Source: Planctomycetes bacterium UBA7888
Lineage (GTDB): Bacteria; Planctomycetota; UBA1135
NCBI GenBank assembly: GCA_002500505.1
Contig: DLRM01000035.1
Location: 35,709-99,708 of the forward strand
Length of the DNA stretch: 64,000 nucleotides
Direction: 5' to 3'
Shown: positions 37,830 through 47,615 of the stretch, one piece after another
Position numbering within the stretch: position 1 is the first letter of the stretch
Layout of the letters: every line of letters starts with the position of its first letter
Position numbers and translations under genes: made by a program
The notes under the pieces: model-generated
What the model was told of the DNA's origin: nothing
What the model saw: only the letters and a program-made list of their open reading frames with translations
The model's database searches: none

Positions 37830-38822
37830 GTGAATTCGCAATCACCGGCCCCACCCACACCCCCTGTCTCGCGCCTTCGGCCTAGTCAAGGTTGGGCTTT
37901 CCGCGCGCATCAATGCGCCGCTTTGGTGCCACTTTTATTTTTTGTGATTGGCTTGAGCCTAGCAGTGGGAGCAGAATTCTCACCAAGCATCGAGACCTAC
38001 CCGCGGGTGCGCTATCAACCTAGACTGTCTGCGCAGTCCATTCTTGGGATGTGGGAAAGCCAATTTAAACAGCGGAAACTCCCCGAAAAAAGAGTGGTCG
38101 CTGTTTGGGGCCTTGCTGATGAAGGGGAATCTCTTTCTGAGAACTCTCAAGGTTTAAGTCTTGCCCGAGAATTATCCCGCGCGGGGGCTCACGTTCGCAT
38201 TTTCGACCCCCGTTGGGGCCAGGACGAAGCCGGAAAGTTTCTCCCGCAGGCCGAGTTTGTCGAGAATCTTCTTTCCGCCTGCCAAGGGGCAACCGATTTG
38301 GTGGTCAATAGTGACCTTTCTCTTTTCCAATCGCCTGATTGGGAAAAAGTCAAAACCGCCATGAAAGGAAAGCTGTTTTTTGACTGCATGTCCTTGGCAG
38401 ATGCTGACAAAGTTCGTGCAGCAGACCTTGCCCACTTCCCGATTGGAGGTCATGGCTGGCCGCCTTGGTTAGACGAGGAATACCAAAATTTTGTGGAAAT
38501 CTTACTCCACAAAACAAAACCTCAAGACCGCATTCTCCTTTTACCTAGCAGCCCTCTCACGACTCTAAGCCCTCGAGCCCGCTGGTACTTATTGTTGAAC
38601 TATGCCGCTGCCCCCCGGAAGCTCCTGATTGGCGGCCCAAGTAACGCCAGTGGAACCGCACCGCAATATCAAGATTGGGTCCGAGAACGGAATCGACAAG
38701 GAAAACTAAAAGGTGCCGCGCTGGATTCTATTCTTGAAGAAACTCAAGCGGATTGGATTTTGTGGTTCAAACAATCGGATGATTTCAAAACTTCGGATTG
38801 GCAGCTGGAGGCAGTTCGATGA
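37830..38822 (+). CDS. Membrane-anchored protein with a UDP-glucose/GDP-mannose dehydrogenase C-terminal (UDP-binding)-like domain
   Basis: TM helix, then VAVWGLA...SLARELSRAGAHVRIFDP...GATDLVV...PDWEKVK..MKGKLFFDC; no N-terminal NAD-binding or catalytic domains. Confidence 0.65.
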   Translation: MNSQSPAPPTPPVSRLRPSQGWAFRAHQCAALVPLLFFVIGLSLAVGAEFSPSIETYPRVRYQPRLSAQSILGMWESQFKQRKLPEKRVVAVWGLADEGESLSENSQGLSLARELSRAGAHVRIFDPRWGQDEAGKFLPQAEFVENLLSACQGATDLVVNSDLSLFQSPDWEKVKTAMKGKLFFDCMSLADADKVRAADLAHFPIGGHGWPPWLDEEYQNFVEILLHKTKPQDRILLLPSSPLTTLSPRARWYLLLNYAAAPRKLLIGGPSNASGTAPQYQDWVRERNRQGKLKGAALDSILEETQADWILWFKQSDDFKTSDWQLEAVR

Positions 38823-40276
38823 TGGGCTTCCTTGGCGGCTTACTAGTTGTCCTGACGGCCTACCTTGCAGGGCGCTTGCTCATGCCAAACCGTACTCATT
38901 ACGCACGCTCTAGGTATGAGGAGCTCACTACCTCAATCCTCCTTGGGCTTGCCACTTTGATGACCGCTGGCATGGCAGCGACCTGGGCCTTGGGGACTTT
39001 CAGTTTTGGAATAGCCACCCTCCTCTCTTTGGGTTTTGCGGGTGGCGGGGTATGGCGCATTCGCCGTGAATGGAAGCAAGCCGTTGAGCCTTGCGCCTTC
39101 CCTGTTTGGGAGCGCCCGCTCATGCTTAGTCTGGCCATTGGCTCGGTCGCCATGACCTTGGCCTGGCCGCTAAATGAATTTGACCCCATTCTGCATTTTG
39201 GGCTCAAGGGAAAATTGCTCTTTGGCGGGGAGTCCATTCGCGGTGAGGCCTTCCATGCCTTGACTGGTGAATTTGGCCGCATCATGACCCATCCCAATTA
39301 CCCTCTTGGGATTCCCATCTTGGAGGCTTGGTCCGCTCACTTCGCCGGAGAATGGTCGGATCGCTGGATTCAATTCCCTCTTGCCTTTTGGGCGTTTTGT
39401 TTGCCAGGCGCAGTCGCGTTTGGATTGCGCCGTTTTGGTGCCCAGGCCGCTCGTCGTGGAGCATTGGTTGCGGCCTGCACCCCCATCCTTTATGTGATGG
39501 AGTTCCTCCACAGAGGTGCACTTGATTTTGCGGAGGCTGGCCTGGGCGCAGAGAAAATGCTGGGTGGTCGAGGAGATTTGCCGGTTGCTGCTTTTGTCGC
39601 TTTGGCATGTGGCCTGCTTCTTCGCGGTGGAAGATGCCGCTTTCTTGCTGGCCTTGCCATGACCGCCGCCATTTTGTCCAAAAACGAGGGGTTGGCTCTT
39701 TCAGCGGTCCTTCTCCTTGCCCTTGCCCTTGGTGCGCTTTGGAATCGGGGCAAAGGCTTGAAGGAATTCGTGCTCGTCGGTAGCGCAATTGCCGTATTGG
39801 CCTCTCCATGGCTCATTCACCGAACGACCCTTCCCGCAATTGATGAAAATTACACCGAAGCGGTTTCTTATGAAACTGTTCTTCATTATTGGCAAGAGGA
39901 CGAATCTGCCGACAAGTCCCCAATCCCTGCAAAACTTTATGGCGAAGAATGGTCGGAACAATCGCATTGGCGCCCAGCCAGGATTGCGCGGTACTTTGGA
40001 AGTGAGTTTATTGATGTCCTAAGTTGGGGACTGTTGTGGTTGCTGTTTCTTTTGGGAATTCCACAAGCTCTCCGCACCCCCGAAATCCGCTGGCTACTCC
40101 TCTTCGCTCTTGGTGGATTAGCCCTGTACGCCCTCATCCTCCTCGTAACCCCTTGGTTTCTCATCGCCCTTCATCAAAAAGGAATCCCAGCTCGCCTTAT
40201 CCTCCATCTCTTGGGCCCAATTGCATTGCTTTGTTCCCGTGTAAATCAACCCAAACAAGATGACCCCGTTCACTGA
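38819..40276 (+). CDS. Polytopic GT-C-like membrane glycosyltransferase (paralogue of 11802-13193)
   Basis: HPNYPLG, GDLPVA, KNEG, WGLLW and ARLILH motifs; ATGA coupling. Confidence 0.65.
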   Translation: MMGFLGGLLVVLTAYLAGRLLMPNRTHYARSRYEELTTSILLGLATLMTAGMAATWALGTFSFGIATLLSLGFAGGGVWRIRREWKQAVEPCAFPVWERPLMLSLAIGSVAMTLAWPLNEFDPILHFGLKGKLLFGGESIRGEAFHALTGEFGRIMTHPNYPLGIPILEAWSAHFAGEWSDRWIQFPLAFWAFCLPGAVAFGLRRFGAQAARRGALVAACTPILYVMEFLHRGALDFAEAGLGAEKMLGGRGDLPVAAFVALACGLLLRGGRCRFLAGLAMTAAILSKNEGLALSAVLLLALALGALWNRGKGLKEFVLVGSAIAVLASPWLIHRTTLPAIDENYTEAVSYETVLHYWQEDESADKSPIPAKLYGEEWSEQSHWRPARIARYFGSEFIDVLSWGLLWLLFLLGIPQALRTPEIRWLLLFALGGLALYALILLVTPWFLIALHQKGIPARLILHLLGPIALLCSRVNQPKQDDPVH

Positions 40277-41525
40277 AAGAGTTGAATTACTCGCGCCGGC
40301 TGGTTGCTTTCCATCTTTGAATGCGGCCATTGCCAATGGAGCCGACGCTGTGTATTTCGGTTTAGCCCAACTCAATATGCGCGCAAGGTCTAGGCGGAGT
40401 TTTGAGTTAGAGGACCTTGGAGAAATTTGCCGCACCTGTTCCAAAGCGGGCGTGCGAAGCTTCTTGGCGCTGAATACGGTTCTTTATGACCATGATCTCC
40501 CGCTTTGTCGCCGGATGATGGAGCTGGCCGCGAATGAGAAAATTAGCGCAGTAATTGTTTCGGACATGGCTGCCATGAAAATGGCAAATGAGTTGGGAAT
40601 CGAATGCCATTTGTCCACCCAACTATCCATCTCGAACGCTGAATCCATTCAGTTTTACGCGCCGTACTGTGACCGCATCGTGCTGGCTCGAGAATTGAGC
40701 TTGCCCATGATTAATAATGTCCACCGAGCAATTGTCTCGCAGAACATTTGTGGCCGCTCGGGACGATTAATGGAATTGGAGGCCTTTGCTCATGGTGCCC
40801 TGTGTGTTGCCGTCTCCGGCCGTTGCAGCATGTCCCTTTACACCTCGAATGCTTCGGCGAACCGCGGTGCTTGCGACCAGAATTGCCGCAAAGAGTACAT
40901 CGTGAAGGACCCGGACACGGGTGACGAACTTTTGGTGGACAACAACTTCGTCATGTCTCCCAATGACATTCAAACAATTGACATTCTGGACCAAATGCTA
41001 GAAAGCGGGATTTCCGTTTTCAAAATTGAAGGCCGCGGACGGGCGCCAGAATATGTTGGGGGGGTCACCGCTGCCTACCGAAAAGCCTTAGATGCGGCTC
41101 TTAGCGGCACTTTCACACAAGAACTCGCTGAATCGCTCAAGCCTGGATTGGCTAAGGTTTACAACCGTGGGTTTTCGAGCGGTTATTACCTCGGCCAAAA
41201 ACAAGGTTGGGCCGCAAGTGGAGGGAACAAGGCAACACATCAAAAAGAGCGCATTGGCGTCATATCTAATGTGTTTTCCCAGAAAAATATTATTGAAGTT
41301 AGCGCCTGCGATTTGGATTTTTCGGTAGGTGACGAATATGTCATTGTCGGGAATACAACTGGCGCCGTCACTGGTGTTGTTTCCGAACTCCGCATTGAGA
41401 GCGGACCTGAAATGTCTCAAGTCCTAACCGCGCCAAAAGGTTCCAAGCTAACCTTCCCCCACGAAGGCGACGCGCGCCGCGGGGACCAAGTTTACCGCAT
41501 GCGAAAGCTTGACCTTATCGTCTGA
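40260..41525 (+). CDS. Peptidase U32 family Fe-S protein (TrhP/RlhA-like O2-independent hydroxylase)
   Basis: ELLAPAG, GADAVYFG, HLSTQ, EAFAHGALCVAVSGRC, ANRGACDQNCR, KIEGR. Confidence 0.9.
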   Translation: MTPFTERVELLAPAGCFPSLNAAIANGADAVYFGLAQLNMRARSRRSFELEDLGEICRTCSKAGVRSFLALNTVLYDHDLPLCRRMMELAANEKISAVIVSDMAAMKMANELGIECHLSTQLSISNAESIQFYAPYCDRIVLARELSLPMINNVHRAIVSQNICGRSGRLMELEAFAHGALCVAVSGRCSMSLYTSNASANRGACDQNCRKEYIVKDPDTGDELLVDNNFVMSPNDIQTIDILDQMLESGISVFKIEGRGRAPEYVGGVTAAYRKALDAALSGTFTQELAESLKPGLAKVYNRGFSSGYYLGQKQGWAASGGNKATHQKERIGVISNVFSQKNIIEVSACDLDFSVGDEYVIVGNTTGAVTGVVSELRIESGPEMSQVLTAPKGSKLTFPHEGDARRGDQVYRMRKLDLIV

Positions 41526-41545
41526 GAACCCAAGAGACATACTTC

Positions 41546-41791
41546 ATGCGCGCAACAAATCAATCAAAATGCGTCATTCGACACAAAGCGGATGAGTGCA
41601 TTGGTTGTTGTCTTTGCGCAGAGACGATTCCAGACTATTTTGAAATGAATCAGGACGGGCTGGCCGTTCTGAAAGGAGGCTTGAGTGAGCATGGTTTTTT
41701 TCGTGCAAATGCTCTTAGCCTGGACCGTGAAGAAATATTACAAGCCGTAGAGGGCTGCCCAGTGGACATTATCCGCCTTTCTGATAGTTAA
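41546..41791 (+). CDS. Single-cluster ferredoxin
   Basis: CIGCCLC...GCPVDII motif, 81 aa. Confidence 0.85.
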   Translation: MRATNQSKCVIRHKADECIGCCLCAETIPDYFEMNQDGLAVLKGGLSEHGFFRANALSLDREEILQAVEGCPVDIIRLSDS

Positions 41792-44700
41792 CTTGAATGG
41801 ATTCCCACCCCAAAATAGTGGGATTCAGGGTGAGCGAAGTAAAAGCCGCAGATGGATGACGCCGGAAGAAGGGCATTGGAATCTGTGATTTGCATTCCCG
41901 TAGAACTCGTCCCACCCAGCAAAGTCAGAATATCTCTGTTCAAAACAAGATCTGGACAAGCTGGGTAGCCTGGAGCCGGCCGTATCCCCTGGAACTCTTC
42001 TTTCAACAAGCTTTGTGGATTTAATAATTCATCTGAGGAATAACCCCAGTAGCTTGTCCGAACTTGATAGTGCAACCATTCGGCCGACGCTTCGGCCAAA
42101 CGATCTGCCGCTGATTTCAAAAGAAGAGCGCGATAATCATCATTGCCCTTGTCAGCATCGGCGACAAGTTTCTCCAAACCCAACCCTGCAGTCACGGCGA
42201 ACGCTCCAAGATGGTCGCCGGGTTTGCTCGAAATGAAATCTGCCAAACAACGGTTTGGGCGATTTTCACCCGCATCTCGAAGCTGGCGAGGGAACAAAAG
42301 GACTGGAAGCTCGGCCCCCTTTAACTGAATCTCTTCATTGGAGGAACAAGCTTCCCAAAAACCAATTGTTGCCCGACCACGCAAAGTCCGCGACGAAAGA
42401 ATTTCGTTCAATAGTTGGTCCACATTTTGGCGAAGCTCCTTCCCAGCTTCGGATTTTGCATCTTGAATCTCCCAAGCTTGGAAGAAAGGACGCCAATCAA
42501 TCAACTTCGATATTTCTTCAAGTGGCAAGTCATTGACAACCTTCGTGCCGAGGAAAGTCGGCTCGACTGGCATATCTCCAGTCAACAAAATGGAACGCTC
42601 ACGAGCAACCTCGAGTGGAAGAAGCTTGCGCGAGGCCCGAGCTTCTCTCTCCATGCGAATCTTTTCATAACTTGCACTTTGTTCCGCCAAAAAGGAAGAG
42701 GCCTTCGACCCCATCAAAGAACCTACAACCCCGACTGCCTGCGAGGCATCAGAAACTCGAACGACATCCGCCTTATGTGGTGCAATTTTGAGAGCAGTGT
42801 GTGCCTGGCTGGTCGTCGCCCCCCCAACAAGGAGCGGGACTTTCAAACCAACCCGCTCCATCTCTGCAGCAACATGCTCCATCTCCACAAGCGAAGGAGT
42901 GATGAGCCCGCTCAAGCCAACCAAATCCGCCTGACAATCCTTGGCGCCTTTTAAGATTTCTTCGCAGGTCACCATGACACCCAGGTCCACAATTTGATAT
43001 CCATTACAAGCGAGCACAATAGACGCAATATTCTTGCCAATGTCGTGCACATCACCTTTCACGGTCGCCAACAGAATGGTTCCACGGGTTTGCAGCGCAC
43101 CTTCCTCCCCTTCTTCAAGATGAGGCTGAAGCCAGGCGACTGCTTTCTTCATCACTCGGGCACTTTTCACAACCTGCGGCAAAAACATACGTCCACTTCC
43201 AAAGAGTTTCCCCACTTGATTCATGCCATTCATCAATCCACCTTCGATGACGGCAAGAGCGCTTCCAGCTTCTTCCAAAGCCGGTGGCAAATCTTCCTCT
43301 AAAAAAGAGTCCCGCCCTGAAACAAGGGCGTGCGCCAAACGATCGGCAGGGGGGAGTGTTCGCCAAGCCGCTTCTTCCTCTACCTCTTCTGGGTCCTCTT
43401 CTCCTGCATGATCTTGCGCCCACTCAAGAAGTTTTGTGCCGGCTTCAGAGTGTTGATTTAAAACAACGGCCTCGGCCAGGTTTCTTAATTCCTCAGGTAT
43501 ATCTTCGTAAACCGCAAGTTGCCCTGCGTGAACAATTCCAAGTCGCATTCCGGCTTTGACCGCATGATAAAGGAAGGCCGAATGCATCGCCTCACGAACA
43601 CGGTCTGCCCCCCTGAAAGAGAAAGATAAATTGGAAATGCCGCCACTCAAGAGAATCCCAGGGAAGCGCTGGGAAAGTTGCTTACAGGCGTCCAGAAAAG
43701 AGACCGCATATGAATCGTGCTCTTCTATCCCTGTGGCAACAGCAAGAATATTTAAGTCGAACACAATTTCATCTGGATGAAGGCCGGCCTGAAGAAGTAG
43801 TTTCCTTGAACGCTCAACAATTTCTAGTCGACGAGGCACATCCACCGCCTGACCTTTTTCATCAAAGGCCATCACCACAACAGAGGCGCCATATCGTTTG
43901 GCCAAGCGGGCTCGCCTAAGAAACTCGGCTTCTCCATCTTTCAAACTAATTGAGTTCACAACGCATCGGCCTTGAACTGCACGGAGCCCTTCTTCCAAAA
44001 CTGTCCAATCACTAGAGTCCAGCATGACTGGGACTCGGCAAATATCGGGATCTGCCATAAGAAGGTTCAAAAAATTCCTCATGCAGGCGGCAGACTCCAA
44101 CAAACCGTCGTCCATGCAAATGTCCAATATTTGTGCTCCGCTTTCAACTTGAAGATGGGCAACCTCAAGGGCATCCTCATACTTTTCTTCACGAATGAGC
44201 CGCGCAAAACGGCGAGAGCCTGCAACATTGCAACGCTCCCCAATATTTACAAAGTTCAAGTTGTCCCGAAACTCTAAGCATTCCAATCCGCTCAGGATTG
44301 GGGTTTCCAATCGAGCTGGAAGCTCTCTAGGAGAAAGGTCGGCGACAACCTCTTTCATCGCTGCAATGTGCTCCGGAGTCGTCCCGCAACACCCACCCAC
44401 CAGATTGAGGAATCCAGCCTCTCCAAACTCTCGAATCTGGGCTGACATTTCTTCTGGGCCCAAGTCATAAGTGCCCAGTTCGTTCGGCAGACCTGCATTG
44501 GGATAACAGACAGTGGCGCAATGAGCGAGTCCGGAGATCTCTGCAAGATGCGGGCGCATCTGTTCCGGCCCGAGCGCACAGTTAAAACCAATCGCGCTCA
44601 GCGGGAAATGAGAAACAGAAGCCCAAAAAGCGGATACGGTTTGGCCGCTCAAAGTCCGTCCGCTTGCATCAGTCACGGTTCCGCTAACTACAACGGGAAC

Positions 44701-45273
44701 GGCCAATTCTCGCTCTTCAAACAAAGCGTCAATTGCAAATAAAGCCGCTTTGCAATTTAATGTATCAAAGACAGTTTCCACCAATAATAAATCACACCCA
44801 CCATCTAGCAAACCCTGCGCTTGCTCTCCATAGGCCTCAACAAGTTCTTCGAAAGTGACCGCGCGAGCGCCCGGATCCCCCACATCGGGTGAAATCGACG
44901 CAGTGCGGTTGGTTGGCCCCATCGAACCCGCAACAAAGCGGGGTTGGTTCGGATTATTTTCCGTGGCCGCATCTGCAACATTTCGCGCAATTTGCGCAGC
45001 CGCCAAATTCATTTCATAGCAAGCATCCTCTAAACCATAATCCGATTGAGAAATTCGGTTCGCACCGAAGGTATTGGTTTCAATGACATCTGCACCCGCA
45101 TCCAAATAGTTCTGATGAATCTTGGCAATGACCTCTGGATGGGTCCGGCTGAAATCGTCGTTATTCCCCGTAAGCCCCTCGGCCTGAATAAATGTGCCCA
45201 TCGCCCCATCCAATACAAGGATGCGCTCCCGAAGGGCAATCAAAAACGGATGGTTATCAGACGGCACCCTCAT
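41788..45273 (-). CDS. metH: B12-dependent methionine synthase
   Basis: DGAMGT, GGCCGT, IGERCNVAGS, GDVHDIGKN, SGLITPS, GIRPAPGYPACPD; all four modules present. Confidence 0.97.
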   Translation of the reverse strand: MRVPSDNHPFLIALRERILVLDGAMGTFIQAEGLTGNNDDFSRTHPEVIAKIHQNYLDAGADVIETNTFGANRISQSDYGLEDACYEMNLAAAQIARNVADAATENNPNQPRFVAGSMGPTNRTASISPDVGDPGARAVTFEELVEAYGEQAQGLLDGGCDLLLVETVFDTLNCKAALFAIDALFEERELAVPVVVSGTVTDASGRTLSGQTVSAFWASVSHFPLSAIGFNCALGPEQMRPHLAEISGLAHCATVCYPNAGLPNELGTYDLGPEEMSAQIREFGEAGFLNLVGGCCGTTPEHIAAMKEVVADLSPRELPARLETPILSGLECLEFRDNLNFVNIGERCNVAGSRRFARLIREEKYEDALEVAHLQVESGAQILDICMDDGLLESAACMRNFLNLLMADPDICRVPVMLDSSDWTVLEEGLRAVQGRCVVNSISLKDGEAEFLRRARLAKRYGASVVVMAFDEKGQAVDVPRRLEIVERSRKLLLQAGLHPDEIVFDLNILAVATGIEEHDSYAVSFLDACKQLSQRFPGILLSGGISNLSFSFRGADRVREAMHSAFLYHAVKAGMRLGIVHAGQLAVYEDIPEELRNLAEAVVLNQHSEAGTKLLEWAQDHAGEEDPEEVEEEAAWRTLPPADRLAHALVSGRDSFLEEDLPPALEEAGSALAVIEGGLMNGMNQVGKLFGSGRMFLPQVVKSARVMKKAVAWLQPHLEEGEEGALQTRGTILLATVKGDVHDIGKNIASIVLACNGYQIVDLGVMVTCEEILKGAKDCQADLVGLSGLITPSLVEMEHVAAEMERVGLKVPLLVGGATTSQAHTALKIAPHKADVVRVSDASQAVGVVGSLMGSKASSFLAEQSASYEKIRMEREARASRKLLPLEVARERSILLTGDMPVEPTFLGTKVVNDLPLEEISKLIDWRPFFQAWEIQDAKSEAGKELRQNVDQLLNEILSSRTLRGRATIGFWEACSSNEEIQLKGAELPVLLFPRQLRDAGENRPNRCLADFISSKPGDHLGAFAVTAGLGLEKLVADADKGNDDYRALLLKSAADRLAEASAEWLHYQVRTSYWGYSSDELLNPQSLLKEEFQGIRPAPGYPACPDLVLNRDILTLLGGTSSTGMQITDSNALLPASSICGFYFAHPESHYFGVGIHSS

Positions 45274-47150
45274 CGAATCTCACCAAGGGCTTCCAGAAGG
45301 GAAATCGGTGCGTCCACTTTGTTGAAGGGGGCCGCAATCTGAAAGCCCCCCACCTTTCCATGAAGAGATTCCAGGGTACGGCGAGCAATTTCTAATCCAC
45401 ATTCTTGATCCGTTCCGGCTTCATGAGCACGCCGCATTTCCTCCAGGATGGAATTCGGGATTTCGACACCTGGAACTTCAGATGCCAAAAATTCGGCATT
45501 CCGAAGAGAACGCAAAGGCCACACTCCCGCAAGGATAGGTGGAGCATTTTCAGGCAAAGCCTTCAAAAAACTCTCAAAGCTTTCAATGTCAAAAATGGGT
45601 TGTGTAATCGCAAAATCAATTCCCGCCTCCATTTTCCAAGCAAAGCGTTCTAGTTCTCGCTCGGCGTCCAAGGCCGTTGGGTTCAAAGCGGCTCCCACGG
45701 TGAAATGCGTTTGTGCATCTAGAGCATTCCCACCCAAATCCAATCCATGATTAAGATTGTCAATAATATTGCAAAGCCCAATAGAATCCACGTCAAAGAC
45801 GGCAGTCAAATCAGGGTAATTCCCTTGGTAAGGGGGATCCCCTGTAATTACTAGCAAGTTCCGCAAACCCAAAGCTTCAGCCCCCATCAAGTCGGACTGC
45901 ATGCCCAGCAAGTTGCGGTCGCGGCAACAAAAATGCAGAAGAGTCTCCACGCCGGCTTCTTTTTGCAGAACCGTCGCCGAAGCCATGTTGCTCACTCGAG
46001 CCGATGCCCGTGGCCCATCTGGCAAGTTGATGAGGTCTGCACCGGCAGCTTTCAATTCGCGGGCGGATTGACGAAGCGCATCCAAGTTGGGGGTCCGAGG
46101 CGGAACAAGTTCCACGCTCACAGGGCACGCCCCATCAGAAAGCAAACGGCCAAATCCCGAACGTGCGCGCAAAGGCATGGGCTTCTGCGGCCGCTCAGCT
46201 TCCTTTGAGACAACGCGGGGAGTTTCTGGAGCTCCCCTCTCTTGGGCACCTACCGCACGAGCCGCCTGGGCCATAGCTCGAATATGTTCAGCAGTCGTTC
46301 CACAACATCCACCCAACATACGACCACCTGCTTGCAAAAATCTTCGAGCAAATCGCGCAAAGTAATCCGGGTTGTTTTCGTAAAAAACTCGACCATCCAT
46401 TTGGCGAGGAACGCCGGCATTTGGCCTTGCTGAAACGGGAAGAGAAGTTGCCGCAATCATTTCCCGGGCTGCATTCAAAATCATCCGAGGTCCCCCGGAA
46501 CAATTCACTCCCAACACATCGGCGCCAGCGCTTTCCAGCCGCTGAACGGCTGCTCCAAGATCGGTCCCGTACATGGTCCGGGCTTCTCGGTTCACCGCAA
46601 GATGTGCAAAAACGGGAACCGAACAGGCCTCCTTGGCTGCAGAAACCGCTTCGACCAATTCAGTTGAAGACGAAAAGGTTTCAAAGGAGATGCCATCTAC
46701 TCCCGAGTCCACCAATACCTGAATAACCTTTAAAAATTCAGCCCGAGCTTCCTTGCGACCTAAACGACCAAGAGGTTCAATCTCAACCCCCAAGGGGCCA
46801 ACTGCCCCAATCACCCAGGTGTTTTCTGTAGCCGTCACCTGTGCGCGCTCCACCCCCGCCTTTAGAAGCTCTTGCAATCGGCCTTCCAAACCATGCCGCC
46901 CCAGCTTGAAGGAGTTAGCTGCAAAGGTGTTCGTATGAATCCCGCTTGCGCCGACATCTAAAAACTCTTTATGAATCGCTTCTACCCATTCAGGGTTCTC
47001 CACACTCGCCAATTCAAAGCAACGGTCAAAAGGAAGTCCTCGATTGTTCAGCTGAGTGCCCATGGCACCATCAAAAACAAAAACTTCGCGCGTAATAGCT
47101 TGCGCCAGATTTTGGCGACCGCTATCGGAGGATTCAGAAGGAGTAATCAT
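45270..47150 (-). CDS. yitJ: Bifunctional homocysteine S-methyltransferase / methylenetetrahydrofolate reductase
   Basis: N-terminal DGAMGT, GVNCSGGP, GGCCGT; C-terminal MTHFR VELVPP, HFCCRDRNLLGMQSDL, ITQP. Confidence 0.9.
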   Translation of the reverse strand: MITPSESSDSGRQNLAQAITREVFVFDGAMGTQLNNRGLPFDRCFELASVENPEWVEAIHKEFLDVGASGIHTNTFAANSFKLGRHGLEGRLQELLKAGVERAQVTATENTWVIGAVGPLGVEIEPLGRLGRKEARAEFLKVIQVLVDSGVDGISFETFSSSTELVEAVSAAKEACSVPVFAHLAVNREARTMYGTDLGAAVQRLESAGADVLGVNCSGGPRMILNAAREMIAATSLPVSARPNAGVPRQMDGRVFYENNPDYFARFARRFLQAGGRMLGGCCGTTAEHIRAMAQAARAVGAQERGAPETPRVVSKEAERPQKPMPLRARSGFGRLLSDGACPVSVELVPPRTPNLDALRQSARELKAAGADLINLPDGPRASARVSNMASATVLQKEAGVETLLHFCCRDRNLLGMQSDLMGAEALGLRNLLVITGDPPYQGNYPDLTAVFDVDSIGLCNIIDNLNHGLDLGGNALDAQTHFTVGAALNPTALDAERELERFAWKMEAGIDFAITQPIFDIESFESFLKALPENAPPILAGVWPLRSLRNAEFLASEVPGVEIPNSILEEMRRAHEAGTDQECGLEIARRTLESLHGKVGGFQIAAPFNKVDAPISLLEALGEIR

Positions 47151-47182
47151 GGGCTCGTGACGAAGGGACCAAAGCCCGATTC

Positions 47183-47276
47183 GCCATCATTCGCTTTTGC
47201 GTAGGTATTGCCACCGAACCTTTCGGCAGGTTGGCCGAGCTTCAAAGGGCCTATCCCTCAGCTCATCTGGATGACC
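47183..47276 (-). ncRNA. SAM-I riboswitch
   Basis: GGTCATCCAGATGAGCTGAGGGATAGGCCCTTTGAAGCTCGGCCAACC...GGTGGCAATACCTACGCAAAAGCGAATGATGGC. P1 GTCATC/GATGGC, kink-turn P2, TAGG/CCTA pseudoknot; directly upstream of yitJ-metH; TATATT -10 box at 47282-47287. Confidence 0.9.
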
Positions 47277-47318
47277 AGCGTAATATAGCCACGCCACCCT
47301 ATTCCAACCACTTTCCCA

Positions 47319-47561
47319 TCAATGCCGTCGCCATCTCAATGGAATTAAAATGCAAAATAAAATTGCAACAAGTGCCCATCCAACGGTCCAACCGATGTGC
47401 TGAGATTCGCCCCAGGCGTGGAGAGCCCCGACCCCTCCCTGCAGAATGAGCACAAACCCCACTAGCGAAAACGCCCACTTTGGAACATTTCCAGACCGAA
47501 ACCAGGTCAAGGGCAACAGAACGATTCCCACAAGAACTCCAAACAAAATGATGTGCCCCAT
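47319..47561 (-). CDS. Small hypothetical membrane protein (3 TM)
   Basis: 80-aa hydrophobic ORF filling an intergenic gap; TAAGTT box 6 nt upstream. Confidence 0.6.
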   Translation of the reverse strand: MGHIILFGVLVGIVLLPLTWFRSGNVPKWAFSLVGFVLILQGGVGALHAWGESQHIGWTVGWALVAILFCILIPLRWRRH

Positions 47562-47615
47562 AAAAGCAACTTACAACATCCTGAACTCCAAGCCAATTTC
47601 GTTTAGGCTATGGGG

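Noticed and set aside
41788-47150. Two adjacent homocysteine methyltransferase domains as a novel duplication
   Set aside because: A yitJ-type HMT-MTHFR fusion beside metH is a known arrangement.
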